DNA of 64,000 nucleotides, taken from positions 2,356,001-2,420,000 of the forward strand of contig JAYWIR010000010.1 in the NCBI GenBank assembly GCA_036172245.1. The letters run 5' to 3'. Source of the stretch: Raillietiella orientalis (Eukaryota). Below the pieces are notes generated by a model, which saw only the letters and a list, made by a program, of their open reading frames with translations, searched no databases and was not told where the DNA came from. This document shows, one piece after another, positions 1 to 12,047 of the stretch. Within the stretch, counting starts at the first letter, position 1, and each line of letters begins with the position of its first letter. The position numbers and the translations under genes are program-made.

Positions 1-900
1 CCACGGAGAAAAGGTAAGGTGAAGGTTTAGAATTTGTTTCCTGTTTCCTAGATACCAGACGAGATTCATGTCTACAAAATTCAGAGTAGAGGAGGCTTTT
101 TCGAATTCAGGTTCACCCCTCTGAAGATGACCAGGGGGATGTGCCCTTATAGTTCGTGAGACCACCAGTAGAATGGCACAAATGGGTACGTTTCTCAGAT
201 GCTTGCAGATTTGGCAGCCAAAGCTCTGAGCGGTGCATTCGCAATCCCCAAATTTTTTTGCTCAGCGAAGTCGGAGCACGCGAAAAGTTGCTCCCGCGGA
301 TTCTGGCCTAGCGAAGTAGCTGCTCAGCAGCTCAACGCTGAAATGAAAGGGTGAAATGGAGAATGGAAAATAGATTCGGTGCTCTTCTCGTGTCTTGTGA
401 AAGATTTCCTTCGCCAAGTCCAAGCGGAAATCCCGAAGAAGGCTTCTTTTTTTCTTTTTACTTTTTTAACACGTTCCTAAAGCTTTAAACACACAATATG
501 ATGAGTGCTGTGAACAAACGACATAGGGATAAGATAACGACTAGATAAGCTGCAGCTCCAGGGTTAGAAAGCGTAGCCAGCAGAAAACACCAAACACAGC
601 TCGATGATTAGTGCTCGCGTTCCTTTCCGGAAAGTTTTCATCTGTTAGAACATCAATGAGGTCCGCCTTGCTGGCAGGTAGTCACTTCTTCTGCCAAGCA
701 ACCCTCAGAGGAGTACAACTGCTTGGAGGTGCAAAAAGTGCAGAAAATCCTTTCCGTAGGCTACTAAGCTGTTTTACAATTCTGCGCGAGTTCATCTCGG
801 AGTTCCTTTAAGAGCTGCGAATGTACTCGTGGTGCTCTTTGTGTGTCGAAGGAAAAACCACGAATGTTTTCATAAGGTTTCCTTCGTCGTAACTGCCTTC
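1..900 (-). pseudogene. Putative endogenous viral element: decayed mononegavirus-like L fragment (around the CRIV/CRV junction), truncated by window edge
   Basis: Minus-strand AFFGISAWTWRRKSFTRH (~395-450) resembles rhabdoviral L [32 protein letters not shown] (~630-665) resembles the upstream LxxDPxSL block; many stops and frameshifts. Confidence 0.35.
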
Positions 901-3300
901 ACGTTTTCGCTCCTACATTGCGGTGATCAGGGCTGCGGGGTGCTTGCAGGTCACCCTGAATTGGAAATTTCAACCACAGACTTCAGTTAGCTTCCCACAC
1001 ATCTCGATATTCACGGAGGGCACGTTAGCTGAGAGAGAGAGCACGTGATCTGATTTGCTTCCCAGACACGGCGCTAAGTCTGCGTAATGTTACCCTCTGC
1101 CCTTCGCCGCTGTAGATCCTTGAATTTTTGGGATACAGTGCACTGCGGTGATGTGGAGTACGCCGCGAGCAGTACAATTCGGCGGATCCAGCAGCAGCCT
1201 CCAATGGTGAGAATTTGCGTCCTGTTCGTTAAAAGGATAGGAAAGGATAAAGCAGCATTTCGCTGCTCGGGGATTTGCGTGTCCGAAGGGAATACGAAGC
1301 AGATTGGTTTGATGTTCCATCGTTCGTCATGTTCAGAGGTATCCGTTATCTCTCACTGTCAGCATCAGCGTTTGACCATTCTTCTTCTGTCCTTTCAAGT
1401 TCAAATTGAACGGAAGTCTCGGTTTGGAGTGCAGGGTGCACTCCAAACCGAGCTGTGCCCCGGAGGGTGATGTCAGATGTCCCGGTGAAGTAATATGGAG
1501 TCCCTAGTGGGCGAGAAAATCCCGGTCATGTTGTCGATTCGGTTGAGAATCCGTCCCCTAAACGAACAACCTTCCTATTGGTACGAGTAGATGGCCCAAG
1601 TAACTGGAATCCATTGCGTTTAAGTGGAGAGATAAAGAGATGCCATAATTTGAAGCTATTCAGAGTGAAAGGATGTATTCCACCCTTCTGTGGAAAAGCT
1701 GAAAGGCTTCTCTGAAAGGCTTCTCTCTAGCCCAGGAAAGAGCCCCTATCTAAATGGTCCATTTTTTTTCAGAACATTAGTTAGAATCACTCGACCGAAA
1801 ACATTGGACCTCGCTGGTAAACGGAGATCACTGAAGCCCTAGGTTAACGATCCTGCTTGCTCGGTCAAAGTTCCTCCCCCGCTTCCTCCATCCGCTCATT
1901 CAAGCGTCCTTGCCTGGAAGAACAAAGTGGGATAGGTCTGGTTCCGAGGAAGGATTTCGACGTCACCAGTAGGTTGCGAGCTAACACTGTGCCATAGGTC
2001 TCTGCCAGAAGGGAGAAAGGACGGGTTCAAGAGATCTCAGAGTAGGAACAAGCATTCCAGGTGACAGGTCGGTTGCATTTCTTTGGCGTGAGGCAGCACA
2101 GGGAGGGACGCTTTCTGGGAGTGCAGACCCGACAGCAGTCTTATCTTTGCTTTCGTCTGCGACGTTTACCAGATGGAGTAACCATGAAAAGGCGGAATAA
2201 TTTTTGAAGCGGGGAAGGAATGACCTTGAGCATTTGATTCCGTTTCTTCTTCCTAGATCTCCCTCATTCCCCTGATGCGAAATGCTCGATCAGCTACCGA
2301 AATTTCCCATGTGCAAGCGCTCCAAAGTGATGAAGAAAAGTCTGCAAGGGTCATGTCGGTGTACCTGGGAAGATTGTTCAGACTCCCATAGCTCGATGAG
2401 CAGAGGATGTTTTAAAGGTTTCTACAGTAGGATGCAAGTGAATCAGTAATTTCCTGCAAGCGCTCCCGGGAACGTTCACATAAAACGTGAAATCAAAAAC
2501 CCAAGAACGATGCTGAGCACTCGTGGTCTGCAGGAAGAAAAAAATGTGAAACCATAGGGTAATTCGGGACGATCTAAACACTGGCGTGAAAAACATAAAT
2601 CAGAAAAGAAAGCGAGGGCTGGTGGTGGAAATGGGGGAGGCAGCTAGCTCAAGCTCTCCCAGACTGTAAAGTCACTATCTCAGTTGCGGATTTGGAACTG
2701 CGTTGGAATCGACATGGAGACCCTGAAGACCATCATCAAAATTTCCATGTGACGTACAAGATTACCCATGGAATGTTTGATAGTGCCATACGAGTTCTAG
2801 AAGTGGTTACAGACTTCAAAGAAAAAGATTTTTTCAAGAGTTTTTCCAGGACTAGTTAACATCAGCAAAAACAGTGCTTCAAAGTGCTGCTGTATTAAAT
2901 CTTGGTGAAGGAAGAAAAGTTAAGGAAGGAAGAAACAGCACTTAGTCCTCCAAAGATCCTTTCCTTCACATTTCCGGAAAGGGTCAGGTTTTTTGTTTTG
3001 CAACCCCATTCGGAAGCAACGCAGACAAAAGCACTGCTTCGGAGCTTGGAGGAGCGCCTATTGGATTTGCTCTCCCAGGAACGGTCTCTCATTCTTGTGA
3101 TCCGTGCCATCGAAATGCCACGATTCGGCTTTCAACCCCCAAGTCATACACTGGGAGCTCTCGGCTGCTGGAAGTATTCCGAGACCGCTCGATCAGGCAG
3201 CAAGACATGGATGTTGCTTTCATATCTCCAGCATGGCAACACAACTCCTGGAAAACTGACCCGGGTTCCTCTAGACACTTGGATTGCATCACCACCGGAA
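900..3300 (-). pseudogene. Endogenous viral element: decayed mononegavirus-like L (pre-motif A to capping domain) with internal deletions
   Basis: Colinear motifs on minus strand: GL..K..LSGNVKERIFGGLS...QDLIQQHFEALF (~2875-3010; cf. KERELK..GRFFSLMS..TEYLIKTHFVPMF); W..FDDGLQGL (~2715-2750, motif B-like); SLEPVLSPF/LAETYGTVLARNLLVTSKSFLGTRPI (~1930-2035, aligns without gaps to VSV [36 protein letters not shown]); SYLG-ST (~1587-1610, GxxT); LLHRD (HR at 1482-1487). Confidence 0.65.
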
Positions 3301-4560
3301 AGCTCACTCTCATCCAGCAACGCCTTGTTGTTTTAGGCAATTATCCCTAGCCTTTCCTTGCTATCCTGAGCAGTAGAAATGCAGTTTAATTGTAGTGAAT
3401 ATGCTAAAGTTTGAAAGCCAGTATCAGTACATCGGATTAGATACGATGCATTCCGAGTGACTGACCACCAGAGTTCAGTGAAGCAAGATGCAGTAAGAGT
3501 CGTCGGTTTCCATCCATCCAAAAACCTGTCACGGAGAACGTCGACTCAGGGGTCACAAGTTACAAGCATGCTCGTTCCCCGCCTCGGGACTTTCCCTGGC
3601 TCCTACAGATCCTGCAAGATTCACCATTCTTTCCCTTTTCGAGAACAGTGGACGCGTCTTCAAGTGCAGTCGGCACTCCAGGCTTGTGGCTCTGCGTGGG
3701 TCATGTGCTGAAGAAGTGTTATTGGAGACTCTGCTTAAAATGTCCCCTTTGGTGCTCCTGGCTGAGTACTCAAACACTCGGGTTACATCTGCAAAATCCA
3801 TAAAGATGAAATCCCATCAATCCATAAATCATACTACAAGAGTTTTGGTAATACACGTGACTTGCAGTGGATGAGACACTATAAGCAATGGAGAAACGGC
3901 TGGCAAACGGAGGCTTCGTGATTTGCAACGAGTCCTTCTTCACAGTAAGAAGGCTCTCGCCTTCTTCTCTTCTTCCACGAACCTCAGTTCATGAAGGAAA
4001 CGTGGCACATAGTGTTGCTTGGAAGACGAAACACCTCGTTCTATGAGTCTCATAGGCACTGTTTCTGCAGCACAGGGCGTCAAACGAAAAGGAAACATCA
4101 CATTGAGTTCCTTCCTCGACAGCAGGGAGAATATCTCAGTCTGAAGAAGGCCAAACTTAGACTGCATCAGTCTATGCAGCCAGAAGGGAGACTGACACAG
4201 GGGACAAGTCGCTCCGGCTGCTCTCCGAAAAGCTAAAGCCGAAAGAAGCCACTCAGATTTATGGAAGGAGGGATTCGCATAAGAAAAACCAGCAGATGAT
4301 CATACTCGCTCCGTCTACGGACGCATCAACAGCAAACTGCACGCGAGGTCTAGAAGAAACGGATGCTCGTCTCCTGGACAAAAAGCGAACTCTGGGATAA
4401 GGAGCTTCTTCAAAGCAAAAGAACACCCAAGAAGAGGAAACATTGTAGCAACTGAGTTTCATGCAGAAAACAGAGACCAGGCTGAAGTTTCTTGGATAAG
4501 AGCGCGCCCATCTTAGGAGTGCAAGACGATGTCGGCAGTGCTTATGGATCTCCTGCCGGG
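3300..4560 (-). pseudogene. Endogenous viral element: second decayed L fragment (CRIV-CRV capping region)
   Basis: Minus: FCFEEAPYPRVRFLS (cf. FxxRxxPDP), FAVDASV (LxxDPxSL), DLSPVSVSLLAA, CAAETVPMRL..HYVP..HE (CSxxAxxLR..GxTVPxPxE), KGDILSRV (HR position). LECRLHLKTRPLF is paralogous to LECTLHSKPRLPF at ~1410-1450. Confidence 0.55.
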
Positions 4561-4803
4561 AAGATTCGTAGAGTGAAGTTCAAGAAGAAGAATCAAAAGT
4601 GAGAATCAAAAGAAGGAATCCCTGACGTTTATAGCGGCTAGAGGAATTCAGGATAAGTAATCCTTGATAACATAATTCCCGCAAAGGAGAAAAGGGCGCA
4701 AAATTCATTTTGCTTAGATTGGATTAAAGCATCTAATTTGTTGCCTTTTTTTTTATTTATTTTCTTAAGAACATCTCCACCTACTAGTCGGATTACTGAA
4801 AAG

Positions 4804-5160
4804 ATGAAACAGCAGGTGCTCTGACAGATTGATGATGTCGTCGATATCGATTTAAACGACGAGGAATCTGATTTGCAATCAGAAACTTTTGTTGCTGCAG
4901 AACTACGTCTTCAGAGACTCCAGCTCTCTCAAGCAGGCTGAGGGAAGTGAGGGATCTTGCAATGCACGCCTACAGCAATTCATTTTCACGCTTCAGCGTT
5001 CAGCAAATACAAAGAAAGGATCCAGAATAGAAGAAAGAGGTATACAGTGGACACATTGTTTCCTGGATCACAATTTAGTCACAAGTCACTAGACGGTGAG
5101 TCGGGCATCACTGCGAACAAGCTACTTGCAACGTGGAAAAAATTTACAAACACTTATTAG
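4804..5160 (+). pseudogene. Decayed ORF of unknown, possibly viral, origin
   Basis: One frame MKQQVL*QIDDVVDIDLNDEESDL...YTVDTLFPGSQFSHKSLDGESGITANKLLATW with in-frame stops; weak resemblance to bunyaviral N (FPG...LT motif), not confirmed. Confidence 0.2.
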
Positions 5161-5164
5161 TTCG

Positions 5165-5720
5165 TTGCTTTTGTTGCCTTCGCATCTCTTGGCGGAAATT
5201 CCTGAGCATGATCTCCTGCATCCAATGTAATGCTCAGGAAGAAAAGGGGATACGTCTTTCTCTCTAGGGGGCTTCCCCTTTTTCGAAAGGATCGAGTGTG
5301 TGGTCTCTTGCGTCTCTGTACCGTTGAGATCCTTCGAACTCTCCGTTTGTGCAGCTCAGTATTTGCAGCATCTTCAAGAACTGTTCAGAGATAATTGCGC
5401 AAGCTTTCAGAATAGCAATCGGCTCAATGAGTACTCGACAGTCTTCACTCTACTCACGGACCCATCCGGTTGGACTCGTCCTTGTTGGATCCTTCGTTAA
5501 GCTTCTGCAGAGCTGCTAAAAGACACTTCTGAATACTTGACCTTCACAATGAAAATTTGTAATAGCGCAAAGATGTGTTGGGGAGGAAAAAATTCAGGAA
5601 GTATCAAAGGGTCTCTTTCGAATTTGGTAGATCAGCACAGCCGCAACTTGTATAGGATGGTTCCTAAAAGCGATAGGTCGGTGGTCGTCCACCATTTGAC
5701 CCGATTTTCAAGAGAGAGAC
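5165..5720 (-). pseudogene. Endogenous viral element: L protein N-terminal (CRI) fragment
   Basis: Minus: CRVLIEPIAILK (cf. YxxxKxxEPL), YRDARDHTLDPFEKG (cf. RxWGHPxxDxxxG), EIMLRNFRQEMRR (cf. LxxFxxxHxxWP), in the expected order. Confidence 0.5.
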
Positions 5721-5759
5721 TATGATATCAGAAGTCCTGCTTTTTAAAATACATTTAGG

Positions 5760-6510
5760 CTTCCTATGGGATGAAAAATGTGTGCTTAGCCAGGAGTTTT
5801 TTTTTTAAAAGCTCGGAGCTTCTACTTGATTTCAGGAAGCATTCTTTTGAAATGATTCATTGGGGAGCCAAATGGGTGTTGTGTTGATGAGCTCTAAACC
5901 CTTTCCCCCTAGTAGTAACGTATGCTCAGATGTACGGACACCTGATATAAAAGGAAAACACTCATGAAACGTCTCCTGTGAGCCACATTCCTGAAGTAAA
6001 AGACCGCAGTTTAATAGGAAACAACACGACTGTCACGGCAGTGTGGAAAGGTACAGATGCAAAGTTCTTTTCAAAAGCGCGAAGAGACTTTTTCCTTATC
6101 ATCTTGGTTGTAAAAAGCATCCAGGCAACGATCCATTCTGTTTAGAAGATTGCTAGTTCAAGGCACTACAGATATTTACGTCAATTTTATTGCTTGCTGC
6201 TGTTGTTTGTCTGCTTCAGAGATAAGATACCAGCGCGTTTTGATAATATTTTTTGTTGCTCCCTTTGTTTTAATCAAAGCCTTCCTCTTCCTAAATAGAT
6301 TGCTCTTATCCTCTAGACCATTCGTTATCTGCTCATTTCTAGAAAAGAGGGAGAAAACTACTAGAACTGATGACAAATACAAAACAAGATACGAAGGAGA
6401 TTGAGATCAGTCGCTCTCGGAAACCTGGAAGAACTTTCCACACTATTCCTGGTTTCAATCTGAAGATGCATTCAAAATGAGAGGAAAATGTAATGAACTA
6501 GTATTTAATC
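5760..6510 (-). pseudogene. Endogenous viral element: further L CRIV-CRV fragment
   Basis: Minus: KNIIKTRW..AIKLT*ISVVP (IKN..LxSxxP), AWMLFTTKMIRK (FxxTRTI), PFISGVRTSEH (xGVTxPxxE), then an RG-containing block. Confidence 0.4.
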
Positions 6511-6539
6511 GTAAATCATAAGAAACATCCCATCACGTC

Positions 6540-9210
6540 TCCATTCCCCATGATGACGCTGAGCTTCTTTTGAGTAGTTTGGAGATGATCACTCGCTGCA
6601 ACAGTTCGAAGTCACAGTCACAGAACACGAAAGCTGTTCGTTCTAAAGACCCTGCTTGCATCTTCTGGCTGCATAGAAACACCATGGCTCTCTCAAGATC
6701 AACAAAGACGAGACATTCGTTAAGTAGTTTCCAAGCATTGCTGCATTTGGCGTCTTAGTGAGGAACTGTATTTGAGGCACTCTTCGGAGAATGAAGTGGT
6801 CGGGCACAAGAGCTGGCCGCAAAAAGCATGTCGTGAATGCACTTGCTCTCCCGAAATTCCTTTTCATTCGTATATTATTATGTTCAAAAACAAGACTGGT
6901 GTCAAGTAAGGACCGGCTCCTAGTTGTATGGAATCCTGGAACGGCCCTGTACCTCTAATGTCTACAGGGAAGTCTCTTTGGTCCAGGAAAGATCGACTGA
7001 TGTGGCCGGGCCGTGGAGGAAGTCGGAAACACCCGGCGAGGCGCTCAATATTTGTGAGCTTAAACTAAAGAGCCAACAGTCTGTAATAATAGTAAATGGT
7101 AAGGTTTCATTAAGAGGATTCAATAAAAGAGGAAGCCAAGAGATATACATATCAGAAGAAAACTCGAGTAGTCTCCGAATGAAAGAAAGGAGTCAGAATG
7201 CTCTGTCTGCCCAAGGAAACAATGAGCATCCAGTTGGTTTCTGCTGAGTTTCGGAACTAAATCTGCAGAAGGTGCAACCTGTGTGCAAACTGCTAAGACA
7301 GACTCTAGTCAAATGTGTCCTGAATCCAGTTATCGCTTTCTGAATGAGCACTCATCCTTTGATGCCGCAAGCGCACTAGTCCAGACTGTCTGCTCTGACA
7401 CATCTGCGCAAACAGCTGGAAGTGTTGCTCTGTTTTGCTCGTATTCTTGAAGCAGATTCAGAGCAATACTGACTGCATGTGGGACTACGAAACACTCTCA
7501 GTATCTTTTTTCTTTTTTTTCCTTTTTTTAACCAGGAGGCAGACTTGGCGCACGTTGTACTTTGAAATGCAGAAATTCTAAGTTTATTTCAGGCTCACCT
7601 TGTGAAATTAAGGATCACGAAGCAGGAGTGATTCACTTCACTTTCAATTCACATTTATTTTGCCATCATCTGCTGTGGAAAGACAGCCTCGTTACAAATA
7701 GAAGAGGGGTATGGATATCTGCAACATGGAATCCACCTCTTAATTTGTAATCATGACGTTTTTAAACGAGAGAAAATTGATCTGACGGAAAGATGCTCCC
7801 CAAACTTTCCGATTATGGAAAAGATCGGCCGTAATCAGCTCATGTAATCAGTTGACAGGCATCATGTTTTGAAATAATAATGGGAGGAGGAAGGTGATAA
7901 AAGAATCAGGGAAGTGCCATTAGCAAGAGAAACCAAGACCTTTCAGTTGCATACTTATGACCTGATGGTTATGGCAAAGCACCATAAAAGGATGCAGCAA
8001 AATTCAGGTTGCACCTTGAAACACCGAGGAATCTTCAGTGAGAGCTTCGGATGCTAAAACAAAAAAATAACAAAAAAAAAAAGATCATTTGTCAGAATTA
8101 GCAACACAAACAGGGACACCGCGATGTTATTCCTTTCATCGAAAAGGAATTCGGCCAAGGATATTCAGGGCGAGAGATCAAAGCAATTAATTCCTTTCTT
8201 GTCCTGTCTTCAACACGAGGAGTGGAATTCATGGAACCGGTGTGACACATCCATCTCAATCCTCCACAAGTCTCCAAAGCTTTCTTTAGACTCGAGAAAA
8301 CCTCCATTAACCGAACGAGTGAATTGCGGATTAAATACCGACTTTAAGGACAGCAGCAGCCCAATAATGACTTTCCCACGAGGACATTTCAGAAACAGAC
8401 CTCAAGGCGACGTACGAACGCTGGGATAGCAGAAGAAGGCTATGACAACTGGACCTCTCCATAGAAAATGTGTCCGAAACGGACCCTTCGTAGAGGGAAG
8501 TCCAAAAATAATTCACTATAGGGCACGGCTAGCCCCTAATTTGGGGAGCAGGGAAACGGAGCAATTCTTAGATTCTTTTGTGAATGTAAAGAAGAGAAAT
8601 GAGGCTTGATGTACTAGAGATTGGCTATCCACAAGAAATGGTTCTGCTTCCAGGGATCTGGGGCTTTAAGAGCTCTAACACCTGAGGATACCTGCCTAAA
8701 CGCATTTTCCGACTTGCGTAGCAACAGAGCTGATGTGCCAGGAGCTTTCTTGAAGTTCAAAACATCCATTCACTTCTTGGAGGTCAAATGCCAACAGACG
8801 CGCAGAAGAAGAAATTATTGCACACTTTGGAAAGATTTTTCATCCCAAAAAAAGGTTAAAATCGATATTTACATGTGATTACCATCCATGTACTTCTTGA
8901 AGATTTGTTAAGAGCAAAGAGCCGAATGCCTATCACTCGTGCGTAGGTCTGAGACGACTATTCATTGAAGAGGCAGGGAAGTTTGAGTACAAGAATTCTG
9001 AAGATTCGATTCATTCAGCTTCTGGCTTCATGAAATTCGATTGCCAGTCCCGCCATCAACCGAACAGCCGGTTGGATGGATGCTGGCGAGTGGAAACGAC
9101 AACAGAATCAGTTTCTCGTCTCTGGAATTCGTTTTCTCATGCTGTTGGAAACGTGAATCCCTTTTATGAAATCTCAGCCTTTCCACAGTGATCATCCATC
9201 TCATTTGTAT
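6540..9210 (-). pseudogene. Endogenous viral element: long, multiply deleted L gene (RdRp motifs A-E to methyltransferase)
   Basis: Minus, colinear: IFKKYMDGNH; FTKESKNCSVSLLPKL (pre-A); VSEMSSWESHYW (motif A, DxSxWN); WMCHTGSMNSTPRVEDRT...LI (motif B); aaaggaataac, a frameshifted GDN-like motif C (~8125-8135); SLKIPRCF; RGGFHV; AFVFCDCDFE (~6605-6635, MTase-like). Confidence 0.55.
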
Positions 9211-9259
9211 TTTTATGATGCTTTTTTTTTAAAAAAAAAAAATGCGGAACCTGTATATC

Positions 9260-10390
9260 AATATTTCAGAGCATAATTAAGTAAAAGAAAAAAAAACACT
9301 GCTGACTCTCAACAGAACAGCAAGATAAAATGTCCCATTCGTAAATATGAAATCCTCGTCAAATAGGACATGAGCAGGTCGATGATAATTAGAGATAAAC
9401 AACAAAATTTATCACGTGTGCAGTTTTTCAATGCACTGACACAACTGTCAAGTGACAACGGACCGCTATGGAGGATGTGATAAAAGGTTAAGCGCTTCCT
9501 GGTTCTCTGGGAACACTTTCGCCCTTTTCTGACAATTCTTCGTCTGCAACGCTTTTACCTTCATGACGCTGCACTGCTTTCTTCTTCCAGCATGCCGAGT
9601 ATAGGCATCATTCAAGCAATCGAAAACGAGGCCGGAAAAAAAAATAAAAGAAAGATGTGTTTGGCCCCAAAATACCGTATTGTTCATTGTGTACGAATAC
9701 ATGGTCAGAAATACCTTCTAAGAATGATTTCCCGATCCACTGTTTGGCAGCCTTCTGCGTAATTGCTTAGATGACTGCGTCCACTCAACGTCAGAGTAGA
9801 ATCCGAAGCAACCAAATAGAAAATTCACGTTTCCGACAGCACAGAGGGAATGCTTTTACCGATGAGTCAGCTGGATTGATTATTGTTTTCTTTGCTTTGT
9901 CCTATGAAGCATTATGTTGGAAAATAGTTAGTGAGTGACCCACGTTCCATCCTGCGTAGAATCTTAACGTCCCCAAACTAGAAGTTCCACAAGGAAACGG
10001 TTCTGAAGTCTGCGAAGACTGTTAAGGTGAAACTACGACCGCACCTGCAAGATGCTGTTTGAGAAACAAATCTCTGCTTCTTAAACAGTGGTCCCTAAGC
10101 CTCGTGAAAACATCGCTCTGTCCTCATCAGTCCGTATGGAGTCCTCCCATTCATAGTTGAAATCAAGAGGACCTTTTTCTGGAGTAGGTATGCACTTGTA
10201 GAAGACCTCAGTGATGCAAGTATCGTTAAAATTGTCTCTTTGAAGAGTAGACATGTCAGACACCCGCCAAATAGTCAATTTTTCAAGCTTCAGGACGATC
10301 CTGGCAGGACAAGAGGTCAGTAGCAAACTTCAAGAAAGAGTATGGCAGTAAAAAGCACAGAAGTAGCACACGTAGAAGAAGCCTGCATTT
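9260..10390 (-). pseudogene. Possible decayed viral glycoprotein gene upstream of the L fossil
   Basis: Signal-peptide-like start MQASSTCATSVLFTAILFLEVC (ATG ~10388), Cys-containing segment with an NDT sequon (ORF 10081-10326), hydrophobic segments near 9270-9420; same strand and directly 5' of L. Confidence 0.3.
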
Positions 10391-10419
10391 GAAACACAAG
10401 AAAAAGGATGATTAGAATT

Positions 10420-11200
10420 GACTTTGGACCCAGTGTCGAGGCGCTATACCCTACGAGACTGCGAGCAGCTCGGCCACGATCTTGAGCCTGCAGGCAGTTT
10501 GCACGCGGAAGAATCGCGTGAAAGCATTCGGAGGAAGAATCCAGCTTAACTCGAGCGCTCCCTGGAAATACGTCGCGATCTAAAATTTCCCGTATCCATA
10601 AGCGAACGATGCAGGGACCTGCAAATTACTCGGACAAGGATCGGAACGAGATTGCCTGAAGAGGTCGCCGACAGTGACGCAGATCTTCCTCACCTTCTAC
10701 AAGGTGCTACAATGTGCGCACTATCGCTCCCATCATATCCTGCGGATGCAGGAAAGCTGAAAGTCGAAATCTGTTCACGAGGAACGGATGGAAAGTGAAC
10801 ACTTGAGGATTCGCAAGCATCTTGAAGAAAAAACGGCACTTGCGATAGGGGAGGAGTCACGCCAATGCCCCTACAGGTCCTTCACGATGAGAAGAACCTC
10901 CGCCACCAGAAAGCTCAGTGTGCCAGGAGAGCACGGTTCGCCAGAGGAATTTTACCAAATCGTCAAAGCGAAGCTTTCGACTCCCCGGGTGCACCGGCTG
11001 TGATTCGGGAAGGAGGTGAAACTCCCGACGCGTTTCCTTCAGGAAGAGCACATCTCTTCCCAAAGGGAGGACACTTGCTCCCGGAGGGTGGGGTGGCGAA
11101 GAGCGAACGCAGGCAGGAGGGTGGGGAGGGCGGATACCGCCAAGAAGTCTCAAGGGCATTGTTTGTGCTCAGGGAATTGCAGTCACCGAATGACGTCAGA
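10420..11200 (+). mobile_element. L1/Tx1-type LINE ORF2 fragment (linker and RT start)
   Basis: KLSVPGEHGSPEEFYQIVKAKLSTP...LPTRF matches the RT-start motif KSPGPDGLPxEFY...LPxS. Confidence 0.6.
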
Positions 11201-11564
11201 GGGCAAGGAAGGGTCAGACCGAAACTCCAGAGGGTGTCGGGAGAAGGGCAGGAAGGAGCGGCGAAGAGGTTCCCTGCCTCCTCGTCATCTTCTGCGCGTC
11301 CCGCGCGCCCGGACGCGGAAGGGGAGAGAGAACGTCCTACCCTTTTGAGGAGGGGCCTGTCGCGGAGGAGACGGCAACCGCTCCAGGAAAAGAAGGAGGC
11401 GAGGCGCATCCGCCTGCCTCGCGCCCACGCTCGCGAGGCCATAAGTGCAGCAGCAACTCCAGCAAGGCGTGGGAGGAGGCTGCAAGGTCGCCGTGCCGCA
11501 CAGCGAGAGGGAGTCCCGTCGTCTCTCGGCGGTGGACCCTCTCCTCAGTTCGCGCGCCTGCACC

Positions 11565-12047
11565 ATGCGGGAAGCACGAGCCCTGGTGGTGGCACTCGTC
11601 CTGCTCGCCTACTGCGGATGGGGACACCAGAAGCCGACTGTGAGTACCTTCCCCTCTTCCTGATCGCCTACCCTCTTCCCCCCCCCCTCCTACCCCTTCT
11701 GGACGGATCGCACGGAACGCCGCCCTCCCCTCTCTCGTCTCTTCCCAATGCAGCAGCTGCTGGGAGGGCAGAGCGAGCCGCTGAGCCGGGAGGGCAACGA
11801 GGACCTCTTTCTCCAAGCGGAGAAGCTGGCTCTCAAGTACCACCCCAACGGCCCAGACAGCAACTGCACGGTTGACAGCCTCAGCGACCTCAGAACGCAG
11901 GTTCTGTCCGGAATCAAGTTCTTCTTCACGGCGACCTTTTCCTGCGGGAAGGAGCACCAGTGGTGCCAGATGGAGGTCTACGAGCCGCCGGCGGCTGCCG
12001 ACCACCACCTGCAGCACCTGACGCAGAAAGTCCAGTGCGTCGCCTGA
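11565..12047 (+). CDS. Secreted cystatin (family I25 cysteine-protease inhibitor), 2 exons, 122 aa
   Basis: Exon 1 11565-11639 (cacc-ATG, signal peptide MREARALVVALVLLAYCGWG); phase-0 intron gtgagt...polypyrimidine-cag 11640-11753; exon 2 11754-12047 with LLGG (N-terminal Gly), TQVLSG (QxVxG loop), C-terminal CxMEVYEPP...C; AATAAA at ~12076. Confidence 0.85.

Noticed and set aside
11441..11445. ATAAG upstream of the cystatin as a baculo/nudivirus late promoter, implying polydnavirus origin
   Set aside because: A 5-mer only; no nudiviral genes or circle-junction repeats seen.
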